Shown: positions 1-11,319 of the stretch, piece after piece
How positions within the stretch are numbered: position 1 is the stretch's first letter
Layout: each line of letters begins with the position of its first letter
Assembly (NCBI GenBank): GCA_002269645.1
Contig: NIVC01001178.1
Location: 1 to 64,000, forward strand
DNA from: Macrostomum lignano
Lineage: Eukaryota
Reading direction: 5' to 3'
DNA length: 64,000 nt
The notes under the pieces: model-generated
Told to the model about the DNA's origin: nothing
Databases searched by the model: none
What the model saw: the letters and a program-made list of their open reading frames with translations, nothing else
Position numbers and translations under genes: made by a program

Positions 1-38
1 ACAAAGCTATATATTTATGCATATCTGTACGCCCTAGA

Positions 39-396
39 GGGGGCCGTAGCCCAGCGGTAGCGCAGCTGCTCTGGTGTGCCAGCGACCCAGGCTCGATTCC
101 AAGTGCAGTCACATTAATTTGGGGCCGAATTGGAATCTCGGCTTGGCTCTGCTCGTACAATAACGGCCTTGAGGGCCAACCCCCCAAGGCGCAGTGAAGT
201 GTACATGCCTAACAATAATATAAAGTTAGGGCCGCTGTACACTCCTGTGTGAGTGTGTGCCTGCGTATGTATCCGCGCGCTTGTATGCCTGCTCAGGGGA
301 GTCGGCGGAATGGGCAGTAATGCCTCTCGCCGGTTGTGTGACAATGTCGCTTAAAGTGCGCCAGGGTGCACACAACCCTGCCTCTAATAAAAAAAA
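39..396 (+). mobile_element. tRNA-derived SINE, family A, copy 1
   Basis: A box TAGCCCAGCGG and B-box-like GGCTCGATTCC at the 5' end, TAATAAAAAAAA tail. Near-identical reverse-complement copies at 6472-6835 and about 44940-45282. Confidence 0.85.
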
Positions 397-788
397 TCTA
401 TACGTCCGTATAGAAAACGATTCTAGACAACTGGGTACTTAAAATATTGGCATAAACATAAAAAAGTTTCCGACAATAGTAAAGTAGAAAAAGCTGTAAG
501 CAATAAGCATGTCTTAGTGAATACTTTCGGAAAATTTCGGGAATGACAACACCATGCACATTGCTAGTATAAAAGTACGTTTCACATTCGTAACACTAAG
601 ATGGCAGCGGACATTGGGTTAGCTGATTTATCGTAAATAAGAGTGGGAAACAAAAATACGATTGTACATATTAAAAAACCCAAACACCAATCGTCTTCTT
701 CTGTTCTAAATTGGACAGCTCAATTTAAAAAAGCATTAGCGCTATACAGAAAGGCTAGCTACAATGAGATGGAATCTAATTTTTATAC

Positions 789-1220
789 CAGGGTTTTTTA
801 CCACAATTAGTACCCCATGAGGTATTAGTCAACTGATTTGGGGTACTATTTTGCCCATTAATACCCCAGAAAAGGGTACTAATTTTTATCGAGTTCAATT
901 GAAACAAGTTAAGCTTTTTTTAAATTAGCAATTTAATTAAAATTCTGGCTGGCCCGGTATGGGTCTTGTATATCCAGGCACTTGTGTGGTGAGTCAGACT
1001 GTCAGGCTAAAAGGAAGAGAGGGTTGGAAACTTGGAATATATTTGTCAGTCTCGCTCAACCCAACTCTCAGCCCCTAGGACTGGCTCAGCCTTTGGGTGG
1101 GTGGGCCCAAGGCCCTGCAGAATTAGAAATTTCGTGGGGTATTACTCCTCCAAAATGGGGTACTACTTAGAGGCTTGATACCCCAATTCGGGTACTAATC
1201 AGCAGTGAAAAAAAGCACTG
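789..1220. mobile_element. hAT-type MITE
   Basis: Ends CAGGGTTTTTT ... AAAAAAAGCACTG (imperfect TIR). Flanks ttttatac / gtttatac (7 of 8 match as a TSD). Internal subterminal TACCCC/GGGTAC motifs. Confidence 0.65.
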
Positions 1221-1671
1221 GTTTATACCAAGTAGTATAAGCTTTATACTCATGCACACAGCCAGTAGAGTGGCCAAGGTCATGAGGGACTTAGAGTCCT
1301 GACAGGGTCCTGACCTGACAGAAAAGCTGATAGGAACATGACTTTCGAATAGTCAGTGAACAACGCAAGTTTTTATAAGCTTATAGAAACACTGGAGTTG
1401 TATGGACTATAGAAATTCCTATTAATTTTATTTATCCCGCCATTCAGCTACGAGTATACCGACTGTCTCAACACAAAGCAAAGACGTCAAACTAGAAATG
1501 TATTATGACACTCCCTATCATGGAATAAGTTCAAAACTCGGTAGCTCAGTTTTAAAAACTCACTTTAAAGTTTGAGTCTTAGTAGAGCTGAGTGACTTCG
1601 TTAACAGGGAAAAGATGTGCTGTATTGAATAGAAAGATATACTTCTAAATAAATCGGTTTCGGTTATAGCA

Positions 1672-3195
1672 CTAGCAGATAGACACTCGCACTAAAACGC
1701 GATCGTTGCACGACAAGCTGCATATCAGCAGAAAGGAGCTCGAAGATTCTCGGCTGGCGCCACAGCAGCTAATTGACTGCAGAACATACGATACACCACA
1801 GTTAGCACACGTCTTGAGATAGTTTACGCCTAGTGGCACCAGATCAATCACTTTAATCAGTTGTCTGTTGCTGCTAAGAAGTGCAACGCTGCCATTATTT
1901 TCGCAGGCAGCCAGAAATCCAGATCCAATGTCTGCAACGCACAGCACATTTTGACTATTGCTCTGCCAGACTTTTACGCATCTTTTCGTGCTGAGACTCA
2001 TTCGATACACTGCTGACTGGGTGGCCAGTATTAAACTACGACCAGAAACTGTCATATGACGAACATTCGCAGTGTCTTTCGAGAGTTTCATGCTATCCTG
2101 AAGTTCGCAAGTGTCCAGCGACAGGCAGTTTATGCAGCCATCACCGAGAATGTACAGCTTCTCCATATCGTTGACTATGATCGGCATTTCAGCTTGAAAC
2201 TGGACATTGTCAATAGTTCGAAGCTGTGTACCAGCTAGGTCCGTCACAATCAAAGAATTGTTATTACCAAGCATATAGATTTGCTGCTGGTGATTCACAA
2301 GAGCTGCAGACACTAATACAACATTGTTCGATGGCTGATTTCTTTGGCTAAGTACCACGAGTTCGTTGCTATAGAAAGCGATATGCCAGTTCGCACCATA
2401 GTTACCTACTGCAAGTACGCAGGAGCTTGGCAAAGCCTGAAAGCCATTCTGTTGCGTCTTGGAAACCAGCTGAGCGGAGTAAAAAAATCCATCCGTACGA
2501 TTGCAGTTGAAAACGAATTGGATGTAGTTTGTAAGAAGAACATTGGCAGTTGGCACAGCTGACTCCAGCAAAGATCGCATTGCTGCCCCGTCTGCATCCT
2601 CGGCAATTGCAGCTCGAGTCTTTGTCTCCTGCAGCAGCTTCTGGACCAGTTCAACGCTGCTGTCAACTGGATCAGTCCAAGCATCGGAAATGGGAGCATC
2701 CTCAAGTGCGAGTTGCATCTTCTTGCTCAACTGGAAACTTTTAACAAGATCGCCAGACATTTCAGTCCCGTTGATATCTGCTCGAAGCTTTTCAAAGAAG
2801 TGCAACGACTTCAGACTGGCGTCCATGCTGTCGATCTTGGCGTCCAGCCTGCCAATGACGGTACTGCGGCAGCGCTGGACAATCTCGAGAATCTCTTCAA
2901 ACATGTCTGACGCATTGGCTCGGTCGCTGGTCAGCTCGAACAGAGCGCCGCGCGTCAAGTCCATCTGCTCGGCAACGCGGCGCATTGCACCATCGATGTT
3001 CGCCTGACGATAAGAGTAGTAGCTCTCTCGGAATCGATCGGCGTCTCGCTTCAGATGGGCGGCGCACAAGGGCCCGTCCCAGTGGCTGCCCTGACCAGCA
3101 GCGTCTTGGCCACAGTTAGGCAGACTGCAAACATCGTGCTGCTGCTTGTTGTCGCCTTGCTGCTTTCCTGACGTTGCTTTTTTGGCAGAAGACAT
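1672..3195 (-). CDS. Intronless 507-aa protein: degenerate B-box-like Cys/His motif, coiled coil and predicted beta-propeller (TRIM/NHL-like)
   Basis: Long uninterrupted ORF. N-terminal C-x4-C...C-x2-H, then a helical heptad-like segment (about aa 50-230), then beta-strand-rich repeats. The family call comes from architecture only. Confidence 0.5.
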   Translation of the reverse strand: MSSAKKATSGKQQGDNKQQHDVCSLPNCGQDAAGQGSHWDGPLCAAHLKRDADRFRESYYSYRQANIDGAMRRVAEQMDLTRGALFELTSDRANASDMFEEILEIVQRCRSTVIGRLDAKIDSMDASLKSLHFFEKLRADINGTEMSGDLVKSFQLSKKMQLALEDAPISDAWTDPVDSSVELVQKLLQETKTRAAIAEDADGAAMRSLLESAVPTANVLLTNYIQFVFNCNRTDGFFYSAQLVSKTQQNGFQALPSSCVLAVGNYGANWHIAFYSNELVVLSQRNQPSNNVVLVSAALVNHQQQIYMLGNNNSLIVTDLAGTQLRTIDNVQFQAEMPIIVNDMEKLYILGDGCINCLSLDTCELQDSMKLSKDTANVRHMTVSGRSLILATQSAVYRMSLSTKRCVKVWQSNSQNVLCVADIGSGFLAACENNGSVALLSSNRQLIKVIDLVPLGVNYLKTCANCGVSYVLQSISCCGASRESSSSFLLICSLSCNDRVLVRVSIC

Positions 3196-3866
3196 TGTTT
3201 TCGGCTCGTAATCTTAAAAAGAAATGTTTATAGTATTTCTAATATTAATAAAGCGACTCTGAAGAAAAGATATTAACTCTGAGTTGCTGTGAAAACACAG
3301 GGTGGAAGTAAGGACTACTCAAGTAGGACGGGAAACTAAGTTTCTTGGAAAAATAGATTCAAAAAACTCATGAGCCGAGCCGTGCCATTTTTATGGTTTT
3401 TTAGACACAGCACATGTACTATTCATGAATCCTAATTTTATAAACAAAACTCTCTATAAATATCAATAGAGATATAAGAAAGGCAAGGCATATAAAGATA
3501 AACATTAGATTTGCCTCTTATCAAAAGCAATAACAATTTTTGTGCTGAAAAATGAAACCTACTATCTCCGTAATGTATTTTTTCGGATAAACATGCGTCA
3601 AAAAATTTCCTGAAAGCGTGGTTTCCCGTTCTGGGTGGGAGTTGCGGCCTCCACAAACAGTGAACAAGCATTTCAAAATCTACAAAACAGATGCAGCCGT
3701 TGCCACAAGGGGAGTGCCGATGAGATACCCAGGCCAAAGGAGAAATTACTGAGATGTCAATGCTCAGGGAATTGTTAAGATGTCATATTTAATTACAAAA
3801 ATGCATAGGCTGTTCTGCCTATACTTTTCTGCTTTAAACACATCAATTTTTAATAAGAAAATTACA

Positions 3867-4180
3867 GGGGGTTGTAGCCTAGTGGTCAGAGCGTCGGACT
3901 CACGACTTGAAGGTCTGGGGTTCGATTCCCGATCCCACAGGAACAATTTGCGTCCTGGAGCAAGACACTTAACTCTGCATTGCTTCAGTTCACCCAGCTG
4001 TAAAATGGGTGCCAGCATTAGCTGGGGTAATTGAGGCTGTGTGTGTGGCGACCCCCCCCCCCTAGTCCTTGGACTGAACAGCCGTACGCAGCCTTCAGAT
4101 GCGCCGCGCAATAGCTGCGGCTGAGCTGTGCCATTGGGGCAGGTGCAATCCAGCTCGTATTATTACTATGATTTATTATT
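3867..4180 (+). mobile_element. tRNA-derived CORE-type SINE, family B, copy 1
   Basis: A box TAGCCTAGTGG, B box GGTTCGATTCC. Central TCCTGGAGCAAGACACTTAAC...CAGTT...CTGTAAAATGGG resembles the MIR/CORE domain. ATT-rich tail. Further copies at 8652 and 26411. Confidence 0.8.
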
Positions 4181-4655
4181 ACAGTTGCAAGTTGCAGGGC
4201 TTTCTAGAAAAATCCTATTACTTACTTTTTTGCCTATACAATGAAGCCTGGAGTCAAAAAGCCATCATAGACTTTCACTAAAAAATCTAAATGATTTTAA
4301 ATTAAAGAAAATAAAGTAAAACCAAAGCTCCAAAGCTACGACAACTATTGATGTTTAATAACTACCAGTTTATTATCATTATATACACATTTACAACACA
4401 AAAGACAAGGGAAAAATGCAAAATTGATATCAAATGCAAAGAAATAGATACCAAATCTAAGCAGACAAAATTTGAATAATAAATGATTAAAGTTTCAGGA
4501 CATTTAATCCTCAGTTACTTACCAACAGCAGTTTTCCAAAATCACATTACACTCGTATCAGCGTATAAGAACATTTCAGTCATTCAACACACAAGACACA
4601 TTTCTACGGTAACTAGCTACTGTAGGTAGTAAGATAAAAAACTCGAACTAGCATC

Positions 4656-7600
4656 CTAGGTATCCTCTACAGCAGCGCCAGCCAGCGGCATCTCCTGGCG
4701 CCTCCGCTTGAGCAGACTTCGCCGCAGGCGGGCCTCTCGTTTCTCCAACTCTTTGCGTCGACGTTCGTCGCGAAGTCGTCGAAATAATTCCGACAGCAGT
4801 CGGATGCTCTCCAGCTTGCGTTGAGCGGCCACAATGCGACGCTCCTCGGCGGCAATTCGCGCCGCCAGAGCCGCCTCCTCGGCTCGGCGTTGCCTCTCGG
4901 CAGCGCGCTCAGCGGCGCGCTCCAAACGGCGCCGTTCCCGATCGCGCCGACGACGCTCAAGTTCGGCGGCCGCCTCGGCCCGACGTCGGGCGGCTTCTCG
5001 ACGACGAATGGAGCGAAGGGAGAGGCGGCCGGTTCGATCGAAGTCGAGAGTTGGCAGAACCGACAGCGCCGCGGGGGCCGAAGAAGACGAACCGTCGGAC
5101 TGCGTTATTAAAAATAAATTATAAAACACATTAAGTCGTTAAGGTTACATCAAACAAAGTATGTAACCTTAGATGATAGGTCCTAAAACTAAAAAGATTC
5201 CTAAAAGGTTTAAAATGCCGCCACGAGCAACTGACTATTGAAATGAAAATGAAAATTGACTAGGTTTTCGTGTTATTTACACACATCAGCCAGCCTCCCC
5301 CCACAAGTGTGACGATTTAAAAGTCAAAGTCAAAGTGCCGCTTTATACCATTGTATGAGTACGTGTCTGTTATCCACATATTGACGTATTTCACACTTGT
5401 ATACCCGATCCCGATGAAAACGGTACCTAGGCCAAGAAGCCGTTTGAGAGTCGTTGAAGGTAACACAGGTATAAAATAGGAATAGGACTTGAGACGACTC
5501 TATACAGACGATATGTCACGGTACAAGTCGCCAAAAAGTCGTCAAAGTGTCAATTTCAGGCTTTGCTTTTCTTGTCTGCGACTCGGAAACGACTCTGCAA
5601 GAGATAACAATAGGGCGCTTCTACAATGACTTTGGGGCCGTAGAGTTGTATCCAAAGCGTGCAAGAGTCGCTGAGTTGCGTCCGACGTGCATATGTGCAG
5701 CTGTATGAAATAAACGTATTTCGCATTGATATTTATAACAACTCTATTTAGTCTACTTAAGTTAAGTAGACAGTTAAGCGCTATACACAACGACTCTTAA
5801 CAACTTTTTTGTAACTCTAAAGATTTTGCAGTTCACATCATGCGTTCGGGACTCAACAGTTGCCTCTCTGTCGCATTGCAGTCGCTTGAGTCTTTAAAGA
5901 GTCGCATTAGAGTCACTACAGTCATTGGTGAGGTGTGTGCAATGGCTCTAGCGATTCTTGCATACATGCGCAACTGCTGGCCGACCTGGCCGATCTGGCC
6001 ACCGTAAATTGTTGTGGACCAGGGGTAAGTCACAAAAATGCCCAGCCTAAAAAATACAGACGTAGTGCTAATTAAATGACGAAGCATTTAGCCCTTATAA
6101 GACAGTCATAGTTACTCCTGCCGTTTACCCGAAATTGCGTTAGGTTTCTTTTACAGGTAACTTGGTAAGTCGCATGGCCAGTGTAAATCAGGGGGGTTGC
6201 GCATGTATGGATTCTTGTCACGGTAACGTTGTTCTGTATGCTTTGCAGGCTTAAGAGACAATCTTTGCTTTTAACTTAGTAATGCGCTTTAACAAGCAAA
6301 AGCTGAGGACACGACCCCAGCCTCAATAATGATAAGTAGACCTGTACCATCTAAATCATTACTCAATGCGAAAAACAAAAGAATAATGTATAAATCCTTG
6401 TTTCAACCAAGCAAAGATCTTCCTGGCTCGAACATTTGCCTCTTTCACTCTCGCTATTCTTTGATTCGAATTTTTTTTTATTAGAGGCAGGGGGGTTGTG
6501 TGAACCCTGGCGCACTTTAAGCGACATGGGCACACAACCGACGAGAGGCATTACTGCCCATTCCGCCGACTCCCCTGAGCAGGCATACAAGCGCGCGGAT
6601 ACATACGCAGGCACACACTCACACAGGAGTGTACAGCGGCCCTAACTTTATATTATCGTTAGGCATGTACACTTCACTGCGCCTTGGGGGGTTGGCTCTC
6701 AAGGGCGTTAATTGCACGAGCAGAGCCAAGCCGAGATTTCAATTCAGCCCCAAATTAATGTGACTGCACTTGGAATCGAGCCTGGGTCGCTGGCACACCA
6801 GAGCAGCTGCGCTACCGCTGGGCTACGGCCCCCCTTTTGATTCGAATAGATTGTCCGAACCTAACTAAACCACCCAGATAAGAAAAATAGATACTTCAAA
6901 CCCCATGAAAGGATAACCGATCCTCTCCTTAGAACAGATCAAACTATCGGTTCGCCCCAAACAACAGAAACTTATAACAAACTTAAGCTAATTGAAACTT
7001 CGTACTTGGAATATCATAAATATAATCTTGTGATTGCATCATCAGAACAAGGGACACAGTAGTGAGAATGTCCAGAAGACCAAGGAAGGACACCCAAACA
7101 TAACATAACAAAATATTTCGCTACTCAGAAAAGCCCTCACCGAACCGAGCTGTGCCGGCATCAGCAGCAGCAGCAGTTTGGCACCACGAAGCGCGGTCAT
7201 GCACCGCTCGAATCCGGCGCAATCGACAAACTGGACGAAAGCTTCGAACCGGCCCAGAGGACCCGGAGCAGCGGCAGCAGTAGAAGCAGCAGAAGCAACA
7301 GAAGTCGAACCAGATTCCGAATTCAACAATGGAATATCAATTCGTCGAACAGCGCCAAACGATTCGAAAGCCGATCGAACAGCCGATTCAGTTGGCAGAT
7401 CGACTGAAGCGCCGCTGGGCTCAGCAGATTGTTGCGACTGACCTGCTGAGAGGCCTGAGACATCGTCTGAGAACCATGAGCAGGGCAATTGGCCAATACG
7501 AACTGTGTCCGGTCGCTCGCCTGGCTCCATGGCGTCCAGACCCTGTTGACGTATTTGGAAAGCAAAGTAAACATTGACCATACTTATATAGTTTATCCTT

Positions 7601-9595
7601 TGCGAGTTGGGGATGGGAGCTTCAGAAACCTGAGACCCGAAAAATCACAACATCAAAAGCCACTTACCATCATAAACCAGAAATATCATAACATAGAAAA
7701 TCATCTTTTGCTAGAATTTTCGGCGCTATGTTATTTCGGGTTTATGATAACGACCTCTTGCGACAGACGCAGGCACAGTTCACACAGGGTACACAATGGC
7801 CCTGATCGAATTTTTCATTGTCAAGAATGTACACTTTCTGTGCTTTGGGGGTTGGACCTCATGTGCAAGAATCGCATCAAGCAATATCCACGCCAATGTT
7901 TCGCAAGCCTTGAATAGCAGAGAATCGAATCCGGGACATCTTTGGCGAATTTGACTCGCAATTTATTGTCTCAATGCTACCAAAGCGTTCATAAAAAGGG
8001 TTCATCAGAACAGCTCAACTCGGGCGAAGACAAATGACGAAATTCAAGGCTTTTATTTTCAAGTTCCTTATTATCTGTAGTTTGTACTCGTATTTTATGA
8101 AACATTAATATAATTTCGTGATTGCTTGGGATTTTTAGGTTGAGGCTTAAAAATGTCAAGCGTAAGGACTTTTACACAATGTGACATCCAGCAGGTTTTC
8201 ACTTTTTGGAATCCTAAATTCAGACCCAGGATACAACAAAAAGACAATGTAATTCTGATTCATGAAAATATCCAGCCGACATAAACTTTGAATCAGAGAC
8301 CGAGATAAAGGAGCTAAATTGAACGCTTGACGACCGCCTGGTACGAGATATGGCGATAAGAATTAGCCAAGCGTAAGAGAAAACACACGAGAGAGAGCTC
8401 TACGAAAAAAACACCTAAAGTCGACTGACCGATAAGGCAGTGGCGCTACAGCGAGTGCTGCTTCTAGACCAGATACGGCTGTATGATACCCAGTCCTGCT
8501 GATAATGGCTGAAAGAAAGCCCCAAAGAAATGCGTTTTAACTTTTAATCTCGAAGCATAAGGGATCCAAGGGGTCCAGTAACTTTAGCGCTTCATGTTAG
8601 GGTTAAGTTTGACACCCATGTTTTTTGGCCCATCCTCACATGACAATAATAGGTTGTGGTCAAGTGGTTAGAAGAGCGTCGACTGAAGAAGTCTGAAGAA
8701 GACTGAAGAAGAAGAAGTCTCACGATTGAAAGGTCCGAGGTTCGATTCCCGATCCCACTGGAACAATTTGTGTCCTTGAGCAAGACACTTAACTCTGCAT
8801 TGCGTCAGTTCACCTAGCTGTAAAATGGGTGCCAGCATTAGCTGGGGGGTGTGTGTGGCGACCCCCCAGTCCTTGGACTGAACACAGCCGTACGCAGCCT
8901 TCAGATGCGCCGCGCAATAGCTGCGGCTGAGCTGTCGGTTGCAAATCTGCCCATTAGGGCAGGCGTAATCAATTGTTATTATTGATTGTAAAACATTGCA
9001 GCGACTCAAAAAGACAAAACTTTTCAAGGGCCTTGACCTCACAGATTAACGCTGCTTCTCGTCCATATCATAGAAACCCTTTGGAGTCACTTTTGGATTA
9101 CATTTTCCTATATGAATGGCTATTGCCCACTAAAAATAAATTAATTAAAGCCATAATTACATGCCCAAATACTCACCTCCGCGTCCCTAAAGAACGCTTC
9201 CCAATTGTATTTGGTAGGGCACGGCGGCTTTAATTGCACAGCCCGCACTCTCAAGAAGTCAGAAAATCCGGCCAGTTTAATTCGGCCTCCGTCCAGCTGT
9301 TTGACAGCTCCGGCCAGAGCTCGGCGATTGGGCAATTCGCAGTCGAGTCGAATCACGGACAAACTGGATGTCTGGACGCGCAGGTGGCTGAGCTGATGAG
9401 GCTTAGCCATCGATCGCAGCTGCTCCATCACCTCCCAGTTGGAGATAGAGCGGCATTTGTCGGTGAGCTGGGGCAGGTCCACTGCGATGCCTAAACAGGC
9501 GGCTGGCTTCAGGCAGAGCCGCAGCTCCGGGCACAGAGGCACAGCCTCAGTAGCGTCATCGCAACGGGTCACTACGCCAGCGCGGGGCGGTTGAA
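4656..9595 (-). CDS. AKAP17A: A-kinase anchor protein 17A (SFRS17A/XE7) homologue; exons 9177-9595, 7141-7542, 4656-5099; start codon unresolved
   Basis: Motifs EAVPLCPELRLCLKP, SISNWEVMEQLR, IKLAGFSDFLRVRA, WEAFFRDA|GLDAMEPGERPDTV match the AKAP17A N-terminus. These are followed by an RRM-like segment and an E/R-rich coiled coil. GT-AG junctions are phase-compatible. Confidence 0.88.
5404..6223. mobile_element. Non-autonomous DNA element rich in GACTC/GAGTC motifs (hosts the hAT MITE at 5961-6209)
   Basis: Both ends (CCCGATGAAAACGGTA; GCGATTCTTG..TCACGG) recur in reverse complement at 60267-60708. Superfamily not determined. Confidence 0.6.
5961..6209. mobile_element. hAT-type MITE, CATACATGCGCAAC family, copy 1
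   Basis: Perfect 14-bp TIR CATACATGCGCAAC / GTTGCGCATGTATG and exact 8-bp TSD GATTCTTG. Confidence 0.9.
6472..6835 (-). mobile_element. SINE family A, copy 2 (AKAP17A intron)
   Basis: Reverse complement of 39-396 with a poly(A) tail. About 12-bp TSD TTTGATTCGAAT on both sides. Confidence 0.88.
7760..7995 (-). mobile_element. Diverged SINE sharing a central segment with family A
   Basis: ATGTACACTTTCTGTGCTTTGGGGGTTGG resembles ATGTACACTTCACTGCGCCTTGGGGGGTTGG of family A. The minus strand has a different tRNA-like head (GGTAGCATTGAG...GGATTCGATTC). Confidence 0.45.
8652..8985 (+). mobile_element. CORE-type SINE, family B, copy 2
   Basis: Same body as 3867-4180, with a GAA-rich expansion inside the tRNA head. 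Confidence 0.8.
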
Positions 9596-9699
9596 CTGTG
9601 CAGGGGATTTGAAGGAGGGATCATTGTCAGTGATGGGAAGTCGATGTTAGTCACCCATAGGTAAAGTAACTGATTGAGTTACCTCATTATCTAGAAAAG

Positions 9700-10420
9700 A
9701 GACATTCTTAATTGAATTTAGTAGTAGAAGACAAGACGCATGATTAAGTTTACCTAGAAGAGGCACCTGATTGAGTTTACCTGGAAGAGGCACCTGATTG
9801 AGTTTACCTAGAAGAGGCACCTGATTGAGTTTACCTGGAAGAGGCACCTGATTGAGTTTACCCAAAAGAGACATCTCATTGAGCTTTCCTGGAATAGAGC
9901 CACTTGATTGAGTTTACCTGGAAGAGACACCTTATTGAGTTAACCTAGAAGAGACATCTGATTGAGTTTACCCGAAAGAGACATCTCATTGAATTTACCT
10001 GGAAAAGAGATACCTGTTTGAGTTTACCAGGAAAAGAGACACCTGTTTGAGTTTACCTGGAAAAGAGACACCTGTTTGAGTTTACCAGGAAAAGAGATAC
10101 CTGTTTGAGTTTACCTGGAAAAGAGACACCTGTTTGAGTTTACCTGGAAAAGAGACACCTGTTTGAGTTTACCTGGAAAAGAGATACCTGTTTGAGTTTA
10201 CCTGGAAAAGAGATACCTGTTTGAGTTTACCTGGAGAAGAGACAACTGTTTGAGTTTACCTGGAAAAGAGACACCTGTTTGAGTTTACCTGGAAAAGAGA
10301 CACCTGTTTGAGTTTACCTGGAGAAGAGACAACTGTTTGAGTTTACCTAGAAAAGAGACACCTGTTTGAGTTTACCTGGAAAAGAGACTCCTATTTGAGT
10401 TTACCTAGAAGACACCTGAT
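9700..10420. repeat. Minisatellite, about 28-29 bp unit GAGTTTACCTGGAAAAGAGACACCTGTTT
   Basis: Visible tandem array just upstream of the first AKAP17A coding exon. Confidence 0.9.
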
Positions 10421-11023
10421 TGGGTTCACTACTAGGCACTTAATGAGTTACTAGAAAAGGGAAACATAATTGAGAAAAATTAATTGAATTTGCTTTCAGC
10501 AATTGTTTTCATCAAATACGAGTATACACAGTAATAATAAAATAACTATCAGATATGGCTTTATTATATATTATATAATAATAAGATTATCTTTTGTATA
10601 ATAGTCTACAAAAGTAAATTTAAGTTAAAAAGTTAAGTTTTTGATATTTTATTTTAGTTAACTAAATAATAATCAACCTATGCCTAGACCCAGAAACCAA
10701 CAATACTTAATATATTTAAATGTGATGTTGATTTAAGGAAAGGTTACTAAACAAGATATTCAAAGAAAAGGACAGAGATTTACCTAAACAAAAAATGGGG
10801 AATTATATAACATATAGAGATTAGTGATTTGATCCTCAAATCTTTGTAATACCAAAAATTAGAAAGAAAAGATTTATTCTACTATTAATGTTCTTCTTAG
10901 GCTAGACTTACAACAAAATTTTTTAAAATATTAGATACTACTAATAAGAACTAAAATGCTGTTTATAATTCTAATAGTACTACTTTCAATAAACATAAAA
11001 ATCCCTACACAACCTTGGTGGCC

Positions 11024-11319
11024 ATACATGCGCAACAGTCGGCCGAGTTGGCCAATCTAGCCAACCGATTTGGCGACCAACCAAGGAAGTCACAAAAATT
11101 CCCACCCTAAAAACACCCAAGTAGTAGTACTAAGTAGCTGACGAGGCATTTTGGCTTAATAAGAGAGTCATAGTTACTCCTGCCGTTTACCCAAACTTGC
11201 GTTAATATTGCTTTACGGTTTTTTTACATGCAAGTTGCATTTTTGGCCAAAAACTACGTCGCATTTTTGTTAAAACTAAGTCGCACGGCCGACCGAATTT
11301 TGGAGGTTGCGCATGTATG
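11024..11319. mobile_element. hAT-type MITE, CATACATGCGCAAC family, copy 2
   Basis: Same 14-bp TIR, exact 8-bp TSD TTGGTGGC, internal similarity to 5961-6209. Confidence 0.9.

Noticed and set aside
39-110. tRNA genes at 39, 3867, 6770 and 8652
   Set aside because: A and B boxes are present, but each continues into a shared SINE body with a tail and no complete acceptor stem is evident.
8490-8540. Hammerhead-ribozyme-like strings (CTGATAATGGCT...AGCC..GAAA at about 8500; CAGATGAGGGC...GCCCGAGA at about 19795; CTGATGAGGCT at about 9392)
   Set aside because: Core nucleotides are mismatched or the GAAA is misplaced, and the third lies inside AKAP17A coding sequence.
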